A DNA stretch of 35,478 bases from the IMG/VR virus record IMGVR_UViG_3300030397_000224, positions 1 through 35,478 of that record. One strand, written 5' to 3'. This document shows positions 8,432 through 14,860 of the stretch, piece after piece. A model generated the notes under the pieces. It was not told the origin of the DNA and did not search any database. It was given only the letters and a program-made list of their open reading frames with translations. The position numbers were made by a program, and so were the translations under genes. Source of the stretch: a virus. Lineage: Duplodnaviria > Caudoviricetes. Position 1 is the stretch's first letter. Every line of letters begins with the position of its first letter.

Positions 8432-8883
8432 TGGTGTTCTCCCTTGGCAAGCCGGTCATAAAGAACAACATTCACACAGGCGGCTAGGTTCATGCAGCGA
8501 GCAGTGGGGACGTAGACAACGTCACGGCACCATTCTGTGACCCTTGTCCCCAAGGTCGCATCCTCGGCACCGAAAATATAAAAAGCCCTCTCGGGGTGCT
8601 TGTAGTCAACGAGACTCTTCGCCCCCTCGACCAAGTCAACGGCGACAGGTACACAGTCAACAGGAATAACACTTCTCAGATCATCAACCCACAATGTCGG
8701 CATATGTCTATAAGCCTTTTGCGTGTCGGTTGCGCATTTCCCGATCTGCCTCAACTTCTTTGGGCGTGACCCAGCTAAGGCAACCATCGAAACGCCGTAA
8801 CAGCCCCCGGCACGCAACACTGATCCGATATTTACTGGAGTCTTGGGATTGTCAAGTCCCACTGCTGCATATCCCCTCATCAC
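8428..8883 (-). CDS. SpoU/TrmH-family (SPOUT) RNA methyltransferase
   Basis: Motif 1 LDNPKTPVNIGSVLRA, motif 2 YIFGAEDATL, motif 3 VYVPTARCMNLAACVNVVLYDR. Confidence 0.92.
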   Translation of the reverse strand: MMRGYAAVGLDNPKTPVNIGSVLRAGGCYGVSMVALAGSRPKKLRQIGKCATDTQKAYRHMPTLWVDDLRSVIPVDCVPVAVDLVEGAKSLVDYKHPERAFYIFGAEDATLGTRVTEWCRDVVYVPTARCMNLAACVNVVLYDRLAKGEHQ

Positions 8884-8978
8884 TTCACCCTCACGCCTTC
8901 AATGTCGATATGACCTATTGGTGATTCGCCTGAAAAGCTACCGTCTTTGTCTCGTTTCATGTGGTCTGTGTTGTTCAT
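8880..8978 (-). CDS. Leader-like small peptide (32 aa, not in ORF track)
   Basis: MNNTDHMKRDKDGSFSGESPIGHIDIEGVRVK* after a GAGGA RBS; its stop overlaps the SpoU start. Confidence 0.45.
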   Translation of the reverse strand: MNNTDHMKRDKDGSFSGESPIGHIDIEGVRVK

Positions 8979-9015
8979 TCCAAATTTCCTCTACTCTCTA
9001 ACGACGATAGCAGAT

Positions 9016-9032
9016 TGTCAAAGGAATTGACA
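9016..9032. promoter_or_regulatory. Operator-like palindrome TGTCAA-N5-TTGACA upstream of the accessory array
   Basis: TGTCAAAGGAATTGACA; the same motif is at 18369-18385. Confidence 0.65.
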
Positions 9033-9033
9033 G

Positions 9034-9483
9034 CTATTCTTTCGGCCCGATGTATTCAACGGTGATGTTCGCGGCCAATCCCCCTTCATCGTCACCAAGC
9101 GCGAGCTTATTGGCTAGACCAAGCTCCTGTGAAATGATCCTGGCGTTCAGTTGACCTGCTGCTGCCAAGGTAAGCTTCTGGTCAAAGATGATTGATTCGA
9201 CTGCGTCAATGACGTCTGCATAATCTTCATCTTTTTTCCATTCTGTCCATGTAGACGTATGAATCCCAAGGGTTAAGTAAAGTCCCTGCTTTGTTAAAGC
9301 GCGGGGGTGTTCTTCATCTGAATAGACAATCTCTCCTTGATGGTGGAATGCCTTTTCTGACTTGATTGGGTTGGCTTCGGCCCATTTGAAGTATTCAACG
9401 GCCTTCTTCCATATCTGTGCAGGGGTGTATTTTTTGGGCTTGCCCAGATACGGATTCCGGTCATAAAGTCTGTCAGTCGCCAT
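9034..9483 (-). CDS. terS: Terminase small subunit (P22 Gp3-like)
   Basis: GKPKKYTP, EYFKWAEANP, PRALTKQGL...LGI...TW.EW, AAAGQLNARIISQELGL follow the P22 Gp3 pattern. Confidence 0.88.
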   Translation of the reverse strand: MATDRLYDRNPYLGKPKKYTPAQIWKKAVEYFKWAEANPIKSEKAFHHQGEIVYSDEEHPRALTKQGLYLTLGIHTSTWTEWKKDEDYADVIDAVESIIFDQKLTLAAAGQLNARIISQELGLANKLALGDDEGGLAANITVEYIGPKE

Positions 9484-9489
9484 GGCTTT

Positions 9490-9810
9490 TTACTGGAAGA
9501 TCCTCAACCCAATCCTGACAGCAAGGATGGTGGCAATTCCTGACGAGCAGACAAACGCATACAGCCAATACATGGCTTTTCTGGCTTCAGCGTCATATCG
9601 GCTCATCCATAGGTTGCGCTGTTCTGCGCATCGCCTGGCGTGCTCTTCGGCTTCCTGGATCAGACGAAGATTGGCAATCTTTTTCCCCGAAGGGGTTACC
9701 CGGTCAGCGTCAAGCCATTCCCCGGTTTTGGTTTCTACCATGCAGATACTTGAAACATGCGAAGGTTCGTTGATTCGGAAAGGCGGCGGCGCGTCTTTGT
9801 CTTTTACCAT
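9490..9810 (-). CDS. Hypothetical protein with C-terminal transmembrane segment
   Basis: GAGGA RBS; hydrophobic C-terminus. Confidence 0.6.
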   Translation of the reverse strand: MVKDKDAPPPFRINEPSHVSSICMVETKTGEWLDADRVTPSGKKIANLRLIQEAEEHARRCAEQRNLWMSRYDAEARKAMYWLYAFVCSSGIATILAVRIGLRIFQ

Positions 9811-9826
9811 TTGGTCAGTCCTCTTC

Positions 9827-10030
9827 TTAAGATGAAAGTTCCGGTAGCCCTAACTGAACCTCACAGTTATCGGCTTCCACGATCAAATCAGAAGAATCAA
9901 AGGTCATATTGACCCTGGTCAATCCATCGCCAGCATCACAAACGATTTCAACCCGCCTAGGGGTAACCTGCTCCCCGTCAAGCTCAACAGTTGAATTGTA
10001 ACCCTTCACACACAGCCTGATTCTGTTCAT
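9827..10030 (-). CDS. Hypothetical protein (67 aa)
   Basis: ORF track; ATGA overlap. Confidence 0.6.
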   Translation of the reverse strand: MNRIRLCVKGYNSTVELDGEQVTPRRVEIVCDAGDGLTRVNMTFDSSDLIVEADNCEVQLGLPELSS

Positions 10031-10272
10031 TGCTGAATCCTGAATTGCAAGAAAGGCCCGGCCTCATCTTCTCCTGATTGAACCGTTAATTTTACACCTT
10101 CTTTGATGTTCGTGTCCAAGCGTTTTACAGGTATCCGGCAGTCCCCACCCTGTTCCTGAAGGAAAAACATGGTTGCCTGCTCAAGCAGCATGACCACGGC
10201 CCGCTGGTTTTCGTCAGTCAGGACACCAATGATTTCATTGACTTCCGGCAAGGTTCCATGTGGAACGTTCAC
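10027..10272 (-). CDS. Hypothetical protein (81 aa)
   Basis: GAGGA RBS; GTGA overlap with the o-spanin stop. Confidence 0.6.
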   Translation of the reverse strand: MNVPHGTLPEVNEIIGVLTDENQRAVVMLLEQATMFFLQEQGGDCRIPVKRLDTNIKEGVKLTVQSGEDEAGPFLQFRIQQ

Positions 10273-10703
10273 TGTGAAACCATCCTCTTCTCAACGTTTT
10301 CCAGTGTCCTGGCCATTAACCGGCCCCATAATCGCAGGCTTTCGGCATAGTTCACCAGCAGGTTCAGTTGCTGTTCCAGCGTGATTTCATCCTGTACCGT
10401 GTGTCCGTAAATTGCCCAAGCACACGCGGCGGATTCAGATAGCCCGGTTTCCACCTGGATTTCATCAGGCGCTTCTTCCTCGTACCGCTCGCAGATTTCA
10501 GCATAATAGGCGGCATCCTTTGGTGTGATGACGATGACAGGCGGCGATTCGAGAGAAGGGGCCGGGGGCTCAGTCGGAATCGCTGGCGGGATGTAAACCG
10601 GCACTTGAACCCGGTGAATCTCGGGTTTCATCCAAGCGCATGAAGATAGCATTGCGGCGAGCAGTGGCAGAATTGCCAGTTTCAAAGGGTTGCAGTATTG
10701 CAC
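10269..10703 (-). CDS. Rz1: Outer-membrane spanin lipoprotein (Rz1-like)
   Basis: Signal peptide with lipobox LSSC, then a Pro-rich segment; overlaps the 3' end of the i-spanin in another frame. Confidence 0.75.
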   Translation of the reverse strand: MQYCNPLKLAILPLLAAMLSSCAWMKPEIHRVQVPVYIPPAIPTEPPAPSLESPPVIVITPKDAAYYAEICERYEEEAPDEIQVETGLSESAACAWAIYGHTVQDEITLEQQLNLLVNYAESLRLWGRLMARTLENVEKRMVSQ

Positions 10704-11013
10704 GTTGTCTTTCCCTCGATCTTAGTTTATCTAACTGCTGGCTGACAGCCAGCGTGCGGTTCATGGTCTCTTGTTGAAGCCTGAACGCTTCCTGAATGGT
10801 CTGGTTCTGTTCTTTTACCTGGTTTGTGGCTTCCCTGATTCTTTCGGCAAACTGTTTGTTGGCTTCCTGTAGTTCTCCGGCAACGACTTTCAGTTCAGCA
10901 TTGGCTTCCTGAAGATTGTTGGCGCGGTTGTATTGCCACCCGGCCAAGAGAGAAGCAAAAACAAACGCAGCGCCTAAAACGTGGATCACGTCAAATCCAA
11001 AAATGCTTCCCAA
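10570..11013 (-). CDS. Rz: Inner-membrane spanin (Rz-like)
   Basis: N-terminal TM helix plus coiled coil, directly after the endolysin. Confidence 0.75.
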   Translation of the reverse strand: MGSIFGFDVIHVLGAAFVFASLLAGWQYNRANNLQEANAELKVVAGELQEANKQFAERIREATNQVKEQNQTIQEAFRLQQETMNRTLAVSQQLDKLRSRERQRAILQPFETGNSATARRNAIFMRLDETRDSPGSSAGLHPASDSD

Positions 11014-11456
11014 CGAAACCCTGAACCGGGGTCAGCCTTTCTTTCCGGGTCAACGTCCCAATGCCGAAGAACCCGGCTTTCAGGTATTCCATGCGCCTGC
11101 TTCCAGTTAACAACAACCCCGGCAGCAGAGTAGAACTGGATGGTGTTACACCAATCACCCTTAATCGCTTCCAGCCATGACCCGTAGTCATGAACACCTG
11201 GCACCAGAATTTCAACGCCAAGGGAATCAGTGTTGTGCCTTCTCGCGTGCCAGCATCGTTGGTTATCGCCACGTTGTCTGATCACTCTCCCGTCAGGGCA
11301 AACGTAAGCGTGTGCAGATAGACCGATTTCGTTGATGAATTCAGGCGCGAAGACTTCACGGCCTTCATGCTTCAAGAATTCGGCCATGCAGTGAACAATG
11401 ATCTTATTCGGGGTGTTGGGCGAGTTTCCGCCGTTTGAGCTTCTATAGTTCATCAA
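10986..11456 (-). CDS. Endolysin, N-acetylmuramoyl-L-alanine amidase (Amidase_2)
   Basis: IIVHC, SAHAYV..DG, WHARRHNTDSLGVE, RHWDVDPERKADPG zinc-amidase motifs. Confidence 0.9.
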   Translation of the reverse strand: MMNYRSSNGGNSPNTPNKIIVHCMAEFLKHEGREVFAPEFINEIGLSAHAYVCPDGRVIRQRGDNQRCWHARRHNTDSLGVEILVPGVHDYGSWLEAIKGDWCNTIQFYSAAGVVVNWKQAHGIPESRVLRHWDVDPERKADPGSGFRWEAFLDLT

Positions 11457-11952
11457 TGACAGTCACGTTCCTTGGGACAAAGTGACTGCCATTATAATAA
11501 ATTTCCGCGCCAATATCTGCCCCGCCGCTGGCGCGGTATATCTTCAACTTGGCCTTGGCCTGTTCTTCAGTCAGACTATCGTCCGGCTCAAAAGGGATAG
11601 TAGAAACCTCTGCTTGCGTCATCGGCCTTGTGATTAACTTAAGGAAATCTTGGGTTTTCCCTGACGGTATTTTCAAGGGGCGTTGCTCTCTTCGTTTCTC
11701 TTCCCGCTCTTCTTTTTGTCCTTGCTTGTAGGTGCGGTAAATGTGCATGGCCGTTCCCACCACAAAAAAGGTAATAGCCGCGCCTTCCAAAAAACTGTTT
11801 TCCGCTTCCATGGTGAACTTGACGCCCATCACGTCAGCATTAATGCCAAGTTGTGAAACAAGTCCGAAAATTGGGGCAAAGACCAGAGCATAGATTTGAC
11901 CCTGGCTTAATCCGGTGACCCACTTCGCCATCGCGCCCATTGATTCAGTCAT
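11443..11952 (-). CDS. Putative holin / two-TM membrane protein with soluble C-terminal domain
   Basis: Two hydrophobic segments; lies immediately upstream of the endolysin. Confidence 0.55.
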   Translation of the reverse strand: MTESMGAMAKWVTGLSQGQIYALVFAPIFGLVSQLGINADVMGVKFTMEAENSFLEGAAITFFVVGTAMHIYRTYKQGQKEEREEKRREQRPLKIPSGKTQDFLKLITRPMTQAEVSTIPFEPDDSLTEEQAKAKLKIYRASGGADIGAEIYYNGSHFVPRNVTVIDEL

Positions 11953-12325
11953 TTTGAACCCTCAACTTGATCAGTTCGTCCTTGATGAATTCCAGCGTTT
12001 CAGATTGCTTTTCAAGGTGCCTTTCCTGCCGTTGGTCACTCTCAAGCTGGTCTGAATGAGCCTTGTTGTTGGCTTTCTGTATCTGCGCTTGAACCTCAAT
12101 GGCCTTTGAGAAATCTCCCCGAAGCTGGGTCACCTGGACAACCAAGTTATGGAATTCCTTCTGTGTGACCAATTCAACGCTGTGCTTGTCCGATGCATGC
12201 GCGGTAACGGCCGAATTGATCATGAACAGCACAGCCGCCACCACAATGCTTAATGAGGCCAAGACGCTGGCCACAACCGTCACTGTACGCTCTTTCCGTA
12301 TCTGCTGGCGCTCTTCGTTTGTCAT
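11945..12325 (-). CDS. Single-TM coiled-coil protein (holin/antiholin candidate)
   Basis: One N-terminal TM helix then a coiled coil; first gene of the lysis cluster. Confidence 0.55.
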   Translation of the reverse strand: MTNEERQQIRKERTVTVVASVLASLSIVVAAVLFMINSAVTAHASDKHSVELVTQKEFHNLVVQVTQLRGDFSKAIEVQAQIQKANNKAHSDQLESDQRQERHLEKQSETLEFIKDELIKLRVQND

Positions 12326-12404
12326 CCCTGAACTTCCTTATACGTCTGTTCGTCAGGATTCTAGCGCGATACATCGGATTCTCAGAAGGTGTCAACTTGT
12401 CACT

Positions 12405-12419
12405 GTTGCACCGTGCAAC
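12405..12419. promoter_or_regulatory. Palindrome GTTGCA-N3-TGCAAC (copy 1)
   Basis: GTTGCACCGTGCAAC in the intergenic gap upstream of the lysis genes; related copies at 30114 and 35417. Confidence 0.6.
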
Positions 12420-12455
12420 TTGTTGGCGCTGATTTAATAAAGTAAACTCTTTGTT

Positions 12456-12605
12456 ATGTGTGATTGTCGATATCCAAGGCCAAAGCAGGTTTCTGCTTAT
12501 CAGGTCATCTGCGAGGAATGCGGATCAACTGTAGACCAGCAGGATCTTCTGCGCCTGCTGTATCAGGTTGCCGATGACGAGAAGAAGGCTTCTATTGCGG
12601 CCTGA
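12456..12605 (+). CDS. Small zinc-ribbon protein (49 aa, not in ORF track), probably leaderless
   Basis: MCDCRYPRPKQVSAYQVICEECGSTVDQQDLLRLLYQVADDEKKASIAA*. Preceded by TTGTTG-17-TAAACT, with ATG 7 nt later. Confidence 0.6.
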   Translation: MCDCRYPRPKQVSAYQVICEECGSTVDQQDLLRLLYQVADDEKKASIAA

Positions 12606-12629
12606 AGTACCACAGCATCATAAACATGA

Positions 12630-12824
12630 TCACAAGCAGCGTGAAGCTGAACGAGACCGCAAAGACTTTTCTTGCCATTCCTTTTCACTCCTAATTCGAT
12701 ATGCAATTTCTAGCTCTGTTGCGCTGTAAATATAATCATGGCTCATCGCCAAAGGATGTTCAGGGTTGGTGCCGGGTGTTATCTCGGCCAATCCAATCCA
12801 CTTTTCAAGTTTGCTGATCCTCAT
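12630..12824 (-). CDS. Hypothetical protein (64 aa)
   Basis: ORF track; ATGA overlap. Confidence 0.5.
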   Translation of the reverse strand: MRISKLEKWIGLAEITPGTNPEHPLAMSHDYIYSATELEIAYRIRSEKEWQEKSLRSRSASRCL

Positions 12825-13051
12825 AATTCCATCAGCGTTTGGAGCACACGCTTTTCACACGCCAGAAAGTCTCTTGAATTAACCCCGGTGCCACCACATG
12901 CCTTGTGGAACGCTCGCCGCTCTTCACGGCCCATTTGAAACTCGTCATGGTTGAATTGATTACCATGCTTCGAAAGCCACTCTTCAAGCGCCTGAACCCG
13001 GTGCCTGGTTCTTTCGATGGCCTGCTGTCTGGTGGACTCTTGCGCAATCAT
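12821..13051 (-). CDS. Hypothetical protein (76 aa)
   Basis: ORF track; ATGA overlaps at both ends. Confidence 0.55.
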   Translation of the reverse strand: MIAQESTRQQAIERTRHRVQALEEWLSKHGNQFNHDEFQMGREERRAFHKACGGTGVNSRDFLACEKRVLQTLMEL

Positions 13052-13473
13052 AATCCTAATGCCTCTCTGACTTGTTGCCGGGCCGCTTCTGCCTTTCGTC
13101 TGGCTTCAGCCGGGTCTCCTGGTATCTTGTTGTTCAATTGATCAACGGTCTTTTTCAATGCTGGTGGTGCTTTCAGAGCCGGGCGCTTCGGCGGTTCTCC
13201 ATGGGGTAAATGAACTGTCTGCCATTCACCCTCAAGGGCATTCCTTAACACAACCTCGCAAGGCCAGCCAATCTCTTCATACCTGACCAGTTTTCCGATG
13301 ATCACGGTGACGGCTCGCTTGGTGGTCTTCACCTTTTTCTTGTGAACCTTCCGCCGCATGACCATGAATTCACCAAAGAGCCTGGCGGGGATCACTTCGG
13401 GAAGTTCTATGCCTGCCTTAGCCAAACCGGACAAACAATCATCAATTTCTTGTGCGGTAACGTCAATGATCAC
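13048..13473 (-). CDS. Protein resembling the C-terminal domain of phage replication initiators
   Basis: LPEVIP..LFGEFMVMRRK..K..T.RA...IIGKL......GW....VL.NAL.GEWQ resembles the C-terminal module of lambdoid O-like initiators. No N-terminal HTH. Confidence 0.55.
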   Translation of the reverse strand: MIIDVTAQEIDDCLSGLAKAGIELPEVIPARLFGEFMVMRRKVHKKKVKTTKRAVTVIIGKLVRYEEIGWPCEVVLRNALEGEWQTVHLPHGEPPKRPALKAPPALKKTVDQLNNKIPGDPAEARRKAEAARQQVREALGL

Positions 13474-13688
13474 GCTTCATTCCTCAAAATTGATATAGCT
13501 ATTGATTTGTAACAAGGAGCTCGCCCGCTCTTTGCAATTTTTTCAGGCAATTCATCAGGTATCCCATTGTAATAGCATCTGGCGTGCCACGTTTGAATGT
13601 AATTCATCACCCGCTGTGTAGTTCGATTGCCATACTTGAATAGCTTTTCTTGCTTCTCTGTTCGCCAACTTTCTTTGATTATCGTCAA
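13470..13688 (-). CDS. Stand-alone DUF3440 (IbrA C-terminus)-like small protein, possibly truncated
   Basis: YIQTWHARCYYNGIPDELP...GRAPCYKSIAISILRN parallels the IbrA C-terminal motif (here VTSWKRFAITVLKND in 14857..16155). Confidence 0.6.
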   Translation of the reverse strand: MTIIKESWRTEKQEKLFKYGNRTTQRVMNYIQTWHARCYYNGIPDELPEKIAKSGRAPCYKSIAISILRNEA

Positions 13689-13989
13689 GCAACCCCCACG
13701 CCTTTCTCACTATGTCTTCTGGAATCTGAAGGGCATACGCCACCGCCGCGTGCCCGATCCAAGCCTTCTGCCCGAGAGAAGAATCTGTTAGCGCATTTTC
13801 ACAACTTATCGGCCAGTCACTAACAACCTTCATCATCCACTTTCCATATAGCTTATGGTTGGAGGTGAAGACAACGGCTTGTTCCAGCGCCTTTTTTTTG
13901 TCCTCAACATCGCCCCACATATTAAAAATGACTTCTTCCCACTGGCAAATCGGATGCCAAACACGCTTAAAGTCAGACTTCTTCTTCAA
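13555..13989 (-). CDS. Phage hypothetical protein of the IbrAB cassette
   Basis: KRVWHP...WEE...MW, WPISCENALT, KAWIGHAA, PEDIVRKAW. Likely TTG start at 13989, overlapping the end of ibrB. Confidence 0.7.
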   Translation of the reverse strand: MKKKSDFKRVWHPICQWEEVIFNMWGDVEDKKKALEQAVVFTSNHKLYGKWMMKVVSDWPISCENALTDSSLGQKAWIGHAAVAYALQIPEDIVRKAWGLLDDNQRKLANREARKAIQVWQSNYTAGDELHSNVARQMLLQWDT

Positions 13990-14860
13990 ATTCTGCTTCC
14001 CACGACGCTGAAAAATCTTCGTTCTCAAACAAGGCTGCAACCCCTGTTATCTGTTTCATTCTTAATAGTTCGTCCATTGACATACCGATGTGTTTGCAAA
14101 TCCACCTGTCTCCTTTGCCCATTTCGACAAGCTCTTGGACGATCACACTCATAAGCTCAACGTTGTGACTCCCCCTAGCGCGGTTATGGCGAATCGTCGA
14201 TGCCATTCGGTCTGACTTGTCTTTGTTCAAAACAACGACAGGGAGAAGGCCATGCTCCCTTTCTCTTATCTCTTTGTTGTTCTTGAGAGTCAAATATCTG
14301 TGAAAACCATCAACAACGATGTATTCGTCGTTTTCCTTGTCGTAAACGGTAACAACCGGCTGCGTGTATCCATCTTCCATGATTGAGGTTTTCAATAATT
14401 CCATTTCCGGTGGGGCCACTTTGTTGGGGTTGTAGTCGTTGGCCACAACCTTTTCTATAGGAACTGCTCTGACGTTATACACGGGAGAAAGCGCGGGGTA
14501 ATGCCCTTCCTCATCGTGGATTTCATGCCCAAGCAATGCAGGCTTGAACACGCACATCAGCACAACATCGGTAAAAGCTTGGAAAGAATGTTTGTCGTGC
14601 TTATCCAAAACATAAACAACACCTTCCGAAACACTGTATTCTTCATCGGTTTCCAAGTTGATTAACTTCCCTGAACCAGAGATGCAGTAACAGGACTCAA
14701 GGTGGGCGTTGTAATGCCACGTGTGTGAATCGCCTGCGAACACCGTTGTTTTTGTTATTGTGTAGCCCATTCCATCGGAATGTCTTATTATTCTGCAACT
14801 GGTAAAGCCGTCTCCTTCGACAACCGGCAGATCGCCCACTTGATACACTTTCATTTTCAA
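13973..14860 (-). CDS. ibrB: Ectoine synthase (EctC)-like cupin fused to IbrB-like ParB/Srx domain
   Basis: aa 1-122: DGMGYT, HYNAHLESCYCISGSG, YVLDKHDKH, CVFKPALLGHEIHDEEGHY (EctC signature). aa 127-295: ANDYNPNKVAPPEM, EDGYTQPVV, VVDGFHR, RMASTIRHNRARG (IbrB). Confidence 0.88.
   Translation of the reverse strand: MKMKVYQVGDLPVVEGDGFTSCRIIRHSDGMGYTITKTTVFAGDSHTWHYNAHLESCYCISGSGKLINLETDEEYSVSEGVVYVLDKHDKHSFQAFTDVVLMCVFKPALLGHEIHDEEGHYPALSPVYNVRAVPIEKVVANDYNPNKVAPPEMELLKTSIMEDGYTQPVVTVYDKENDEYIVVDGFHRYLTLKNNKEIREREHGLLPVVVLNKDKSDRMASTIRHNRARGSHNVELMSVIVQELVEMGKGDRWICKHIGMSMDELLRMKQITGVAALFENEDFSASWEAEFEEEV

Noticed and set aside
5871-8436. CRISPR array or integron attC cassettes
   Set aside because: The repeats are short, belong to several different families, lie within coding junctions, are unevenly spaced and are non-palindromic. 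No cas or intI gene.
14495-14860. Ectoine biosynthesis auxiliary metabolic gene
   Set aside because: No ectA or ectB in the window. The domain is fused to ParB and shows substrate-pocket changes, so an osmolyte role is unsupported.
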